NCBI GenBank assembly: GCA_016873735.1
Contig: VGWD01000004.1
Span: 29,798 to 93,797, forward strand
Length of the DNA: 64,000 nucleotides
Origin: Ignavibacteria bacterium
GTDB lineage: Bacteria; Bacteroidota; Ignavibacteria; Kapaibacteriales; UBA961
Direction of reading: 5' to 3'
The notes below the pieces were generated by a model. The model did no database searches and was not told where the DNA came from. It saw nothing but the letters and a program-made list of their open reading frames with translations. The translations under genes and the position numbers were made by a program. This document shows, in pieces, positions 60,197 through 64,000 of this stretch; position 1 is the first letter of the stretch, and every line of letters starts with the position of its first letter.

Positions 60197-61082
60197 ACAT
60201 TTTTCCTCCTGATGTTCTGATATCTGCGTTAACCTGACTAGACTTCAGTACTGTCTTAAGACCTCGTTCGATTTTACTTATACGAAAAGGTGAACCATCC
60301 GGCTCTCTTAATGCTACTTTGAATCTCTCAATCTTAAATTTAGTTTTTGTTTTCTCTGGTTCAGAGAAATTTGCTTTAAATGCCTTTGATTCGAAGTAGT
60401 CATAAAGAACATCTCCCAATTCTGATCCGCCAACCATTGAAGACATTGTAAGTGATGAACCTTGATCAATAGTAATATCAACTACAAAGTCCCGGCCATT
60501 ATTTACCCTATCTGTAAAGCTTTGTTGCATGACATCAATAAAAGATCTCATTTTCTCTTTCAAATATTTTCTTGCAATTTTTGATGTATCGTTAAAGCTA
60601 TATGCTGCAGATTCTACGCTAATCTTAGATAATTGTTCACTTGTATACGGATCAATTGCAGATAAAGTTTGCTTCACTTTAAAACTTCCATCACTTGCTC
60701 TACCACTTGCAGTTAAGTCAAGTTCAACTCTAATATCAGCTCCGGATTTTCTAGATAGAACATCTCTGATATCTTCTTTAGCTGCATCATCACCTCCATC
60801 TCCTGATTGAAAAGCTGCATCTTTTCTTTCATTCTCGAGCAGGTTTTGGAATGACAATGTTTTTAGGCCATTGACAATGAACTCTTCTTCGGCTATACTA
60901 ATTGCCAATCTTTGACTTGGTTCTTGTAATGCCTCCTCAAAAGTACCTTTCATATTTCCTTTATCAACATAAGGAACTACCATTACAGTTGGCTGAGCAA
61001 CCTGCTGGTCTTGGGCTAGTATTTCAGGCACTAGTAGAATGACTGTTAAACAAGTAATACAAACCATGTTAATTATATTCAT
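60180..61082 (-). CDS. DUF6175-like secreted protein
   Basis: Signal peptide; QPTVMVVPY, GADIRVELD, LSAIDPYT..LS, MQQSF...NNGR. Confidence 0.65.
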   Translation of the reverse strand: MNIINMVCITCLTVILLVPEILAQDQQVAQPTVMVVPYVDKGNMKGTFEEALQEPSQRLAISIAEEEFIVNGLKTLSFQNLLENERKDAAFQSGDGGDDAAKEDIRDVLSRKSGADIRVELDLTASGRASDGSFKVKQTLSAIDPYTSEQLSKISVESAAYSFNDTSKIARKYLKEKMRSFIDVMQQSFTDRVNNGRDFVVDITIDQGSSLTMSSMVGGSELGDVLYDYFESKAFKANFSEPEKTKTKFKIERFKVALREPDGSPFRISKIERGLKTVLKSSQVNADIRTSGGKMYVNIK

Positions 61083-61097
61083 AATACTCTCATCTGA

Positions 61098-61574
61098 TTA
61101 ATAACCAAGTTTTCTAATTATGCCATTTGATTCTAAATCTCTTCGAAGCGATCTGTGATCCACAGTGACAAGCATTTCGACTTGTACACCTTGACCATAC
61201 TTAACGCTACCAATTGTTTTTGACTCAGGAACAAATGACTTATACCTATTTTTTCCAAACAAATCGTCAAAGAATGCTTTATTCTTACTTTTCTCAGAGG
61301 ATTCACCTGTGCCTATCATTGGCATTCTTTGTTGTGAATTGGCCAACCCTCTAAAAAATATCTGCTCAATTGCATATACCTCTGCTTCTTTCACTGCATC
61401 ATCATATGACTCAGCTGCAGCAACTACTTTTATTGTCGTAGTTCCGTCAGATTCCGAAACAAAAGTAATGTCTCCTCTCTTTGGAAGATTAACTTTTTCA
61501 ACCGATGCGCATGAACTTAACACTATAGTTAAGATTATGCAAAGTGAACTAAGTAGATTCATGTTTAATCTCAT
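61098..61574 (-). CDS. Lipoprotein, LPP20/FlgP-like
   Basis: Lipobox LSSC; DAVKEAEVYAIEQIFFRGL; VTVDHRSLRRDLESNGIIRKLGY. Confidence 0.65.
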   Translation of the reverse strand: MRLNMNLLSSLCIILTIVLSSCASVEKVNLPKRGDITFVSESDGTTTIKVVAAAESYDDAVKEAEVYAIEQIFFRGLANSQQRMPMIGTGESSEKSKNKAFFDDLFGKNRYKSFVPESKTIGSVKYGQGVQVEMLVTVDHRSLRRDLESNGIIRKLGY

Positions 61575-62407
61575 TTTATTCTTTCAACAATATGTTCTCT
61601 TTTTTGCTTCACTATTTCCATGATTGATTTTCCACCTTTATCAACTTCACATTCGGAGAAATTGTCACCAGAAACTTTGATTAGCTCAATTTTTCCAACT
61701 TCTTGATAATATGGACTTCCATCAATCATCTCGACACTCTTAACCAGAAACTCATCACCTTCCTTCAATCCATGTGACTTTCCACCACTAATAAGTATGA
61801 GCTCCGCTTCATCATCATCTTCTTTGAGTACTCTACTAATGGTTAGTATAACAGGGAATTCTTCTTGAAAGTAATTTGTCATACTCTCTTCCAATGTTCT
61901 GATTGCTTCATCTACAGCTCTCTCAGGTGTTAGTTGTGCTGAAGCCCCCTTACTTTCAAAGCTCTGGGCTTCAGAACTTTCGGAAGTTTCTGTGTTTACT
62001 ATTTTTAAATTGAAACTGAGAGTAGCTCTATAACCATTGAATTCACCTCCACTTGTCATTCGAATGATATTTATCATTCGAATATTACCAATAACTTGAT
62101 AGTCAGCGCCTTTCATAGCTCCTTGTTGAACTTTATTCCCATCAAAGAACTCTTCTGTTTTTTGTAAAGCTTGTTCTTTCTTTATTAAATCTAGATTTGT
62201 TCTATCAACAACTTGAAATCGCTTACTTTTTGTAATGATTTCGATTACCTTTTCAGTAATAGCTCTATCATACTTTGTTGGTGTATCTGAAATGAACTTT
62301 TCAACAGCAACAATTCTTCTTTTGTCTTGTGTTTGCTGACAATATATAGTGTGTACTGATGATGCAGTGTATGTAAGAGCAATCAAGAAAATACATAGGA
62401 TTTTCAT
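61571..62407 (-). CDS. CsgG/HfaB-like protein with a FlgT C-terminal-like beta domain
   Basis: IVAVEKF, SKRFQVVDRTNLDLIKKEQ, GADYQVIGNI, LKIVNTETSE; C-terminal ISGGKSHGLKEGDEFLV..VGKIELIKV..FSEC. Confidence 0.78.
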   Translation of the reverse strand: MKILCIFLIALTYTASSVHTIYCQQTQDKRRIVAVEKFISDTPTKYDRAITEKVIEIITKSKRFQVVDRTNLDLIKKEQALQKTEEFFDGNKVQQGAMKGADYQVIGNIRMINIIRMTSGGEFNGYRATLSFNLKIVNTETSESSEAQSFESKGASAQLTPERAVDEAIRTLEESMTNYFQEEFPVILTISRVLKEDDDEAELILISGGKSHGLKEGDEFLVKSVEMIDGSPYYQEVGKIELIKVSGDNFSECEVDKGGKSIMEIVKQKREHIVERIK

Positions 62408-62427
62408 TGTTTTCCTTATCAGATTGA

Positions 62428-63051
62428 TCAGAAATCTTTTAACATATTCAAAGCATCTACTTGATTTTTAATCTTTAAACCTTGTTTACCTGTTTCTGAT
62501 ACCACGGTACTCAAGATATCCAAAGCTCTTGCTAAACCTGCTCCTAATGAAGCTTTTTTGAGAAATGAGGCTTCTTCTAATTCTTTTTGTGCAGGACCTT
62601 TTTTGTCTGCTAAACTCTTTGCCTCGGCAGCCAATGAGCCAATGACTTTTGTTAATTTTAGTAATTGTTTTGCGGCACTTATAGCGGTAATTTTTTTTCC
62701 TTTTCCATCAGATATATCTGCAGTTTGAAAACCATCTACAGTATCCATTTTGATTTTGATAAACTCAATGTCTTTTGTAATCTGAATATCTTTAGCAGCA
62801 ATTTTGCATGCATTTTTAATAATTCCATCAATAGCTGGTGCACCTACTAGAATATCTTCAATTGTTTTCGGACCACAATCGCAGCAGATTTCTTGCATGA
62901 ATTCTGGATTGTATGCGAGGAGATCACGGACTTTTACCCAGTCAACATTTTCTCCCTTTTTTTTCCCTTTTTTTTGAGCTATTGCTTCGAAATTGCTCAG
63001 AGTAAACATCATTAATGCAATGATACCAAAAATGTGAACCTTTGTTTTCAT
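62428..63051 (-). CDS. Secreted hypothetical helical protein
   Basis: Signal peptide; Lys/Ala-rich helical C-terminus; GAGGA RBS; 20 nt from the next gene. Confidence 0.7.
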   Translation of the reverse strand: MKTKVHIFGIIALMMFTLSNFEAIAQKKGKKKGENVDWVKVRDLLAYNPEFMQEICCDCGPKTIEDILVGAPAIDGIIKNACKIAAKDIQITKDIEFIKIKMDTVDGFQTADISDGKGKKITAISAAKQLLKLTKVIGSLAAEAKSLADKKGPAQKELEEASFLKKASLGAGLARALDILSTVVSETGKQGLKIKNQVDALNMLKDF

Positions 63052-63654
63052 GGTTTTTGTCCTCTAATAAGTGTATTAATCCTCAGCTTCTATAGCTGTT
63101 TATAGTATCAATATGAGATTCATTCTAGTAAAATCATATTGTCGTAATTTATAGATTAAACTTTTCAATACTTCTACTCATTTTCTACTCATTTGCATAT
63201 TTTTCTAACTTATTTTTGAAGACTTACCTCTTTTTTCACGTGAATAACGAATACTAGTAGATACATTATTCTACGAATACATTTCCCCTAACCAATATAT
63301 TTGTATTCAGGTTTACATTGACTCTATTGTAAAAAGGGATTATCCATATTTCTTGTACATTCATGAATTGTACCTTCATTCTCCCCATCATCATTTCACT
63401 CATGGCAAGCTTTTCCATGAGTCAATTGGAGATGTTGGCCCAATCTGAGATTTCAGTACAAGACACCACGCCAAATGTATGCAAACAAATAATTGAAGAT
63501 CTCACATCCCTCCGTATAACCCCCAAACAGCATGTATTATCATGTAGTGAAAAGTTATAATAAACTTTATTTATTCAAACCTCGGTAGTGATAATGAGTT
63601 TACTTGATTCATATTTTGATCAATATATAGGGAAGCTTGGATGATAATAAAAAG

Positions 63655-63683
63655 AGTTCTCTGATGTATGTTTTCAGAGAACT
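63655..63683. terminator. Bidirectional terminator-like hairpin
   Basis: Stem AGTTCTCTGA / TCAGAGAACT flanked by A and T runs. Confidence 0.7.
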
Positions 63684-63710
63684 GTTTTATTAAATTTATT
63701 TGTCGTTACA

Positions 63711-64000
63711 TTACTCGCCACATTGAAAATCAACTGTTTTTAACCCTATAATTTTCTTACCTTTCTTGATTGTAACTTGAATAGGAATACACATTATATC
63801 TTTAATGTAATACACCTGTTCTTCAGTCAATGACACATTCTTTTTACTTATTGCTGTCTTTTTTCCTTTCTTAATAGTAATATCTACATTACCTCCCCCA
63901 TATATTACCACTTTTAGCTCTTTAGAAGTTGCACCCTCAATGTCATCTGGATTTGTTTGTCCAGCATCTATATTCCAGAGCATTGCATTATCATCACTTA
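63711..64000 (-). CDS. Hypothetical protein, 5' end outside the window
   Basis: Frame stays open from the stop at 63711 to the window edge; followed by a terminator. Confidence 0.6.
   Translation of the reverse strand, partial: SDDNAMLWNIDAGQTNPDDIEGATSKELKVVIYGGGNVDITIKKGKKTAISKKNVSLTEEQVYYIKDIMCIPIQVTIKKGKKIIGLKTVDFQCGE

Noticed and set aside
685-62850. Many 60-190 aa ORFs overlapping long genes (e.g. 15246..15737, 19634..20152, 31702..32280, 59670..60092)
   Set aside because: They lie antisense or out of frame within well-supported CDSs and show no motifs.
63172-63195. Short tandem TTCTACTCATTT x2
   Set aside because: Two copies in an AT-rich intergenic region; not distinguishable from chance slippage.
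48098-64000. Integron cassette array, suggested by many co-oriented short accessory genes
   Set aside because: No attC-like RYYYAAC...GTTRRRY structures found in the spacers, several genes overlap, and no integron integrase is seen.

Overview
A 64 kb bacterial window, mostly minus-strand. It looks like Bacteroidota/Chlorobiota (FCB) DNA, judged from many type IX secretion (T9SS) C-terminal sorting domains, TAnnTTTG promoter boxes and DUF2795. Frequent Shine-Dalgarno use hints at a non-Bacteroidia lineage such as Kapabacteria/Ignavibacteria (inference). Left part: partial lipA, a C-terminally short GltD-like Fe-S flavoprotein, and a 15 kb cluster of five secreted proteins with cohesin-like, dockerin-like, NIDO-like, PMP-like beta-helix and shared Ig-like domains but no recognisable enzymes (candidate non-cellulosomal cohesin-dockerin surface complex). 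Middle: housekeeping genes (TPR protein, tRNA-Arg(CCG), fused 2-oxoacid dehydrogenase E1, ilvE, gatB, DUF2795, Omp85/TamA-like, mnmE). Right of mnmE the window is accessory-like. It holds a 14 kb beta-1,3-glucan utilisation locus (GH2-like/beta-barrel fusion, glycan-binding lipoprotein, GH16, GH149, GH30, MFS transporter, T9SS binding protein) with no SusC/SusD, bracketed by an intact photolyase gene and a decayed second copy of a photolyase 3' end. After it come a YdeI/OmdA pseudogene, four glycosyltransferases, and an AT-rich block with a 218 bp direct repeat creating a chimeric OMP, an SBBP protein with a 258 bp tandem duplication, a C10 peptidase, and a CsgG/FlgT/LPP20/DUF6175-like envelope operon. 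No rRNA, CRISPR, integrase or transposase was seen. All family calls come from motif recognition by eye, not database searches.
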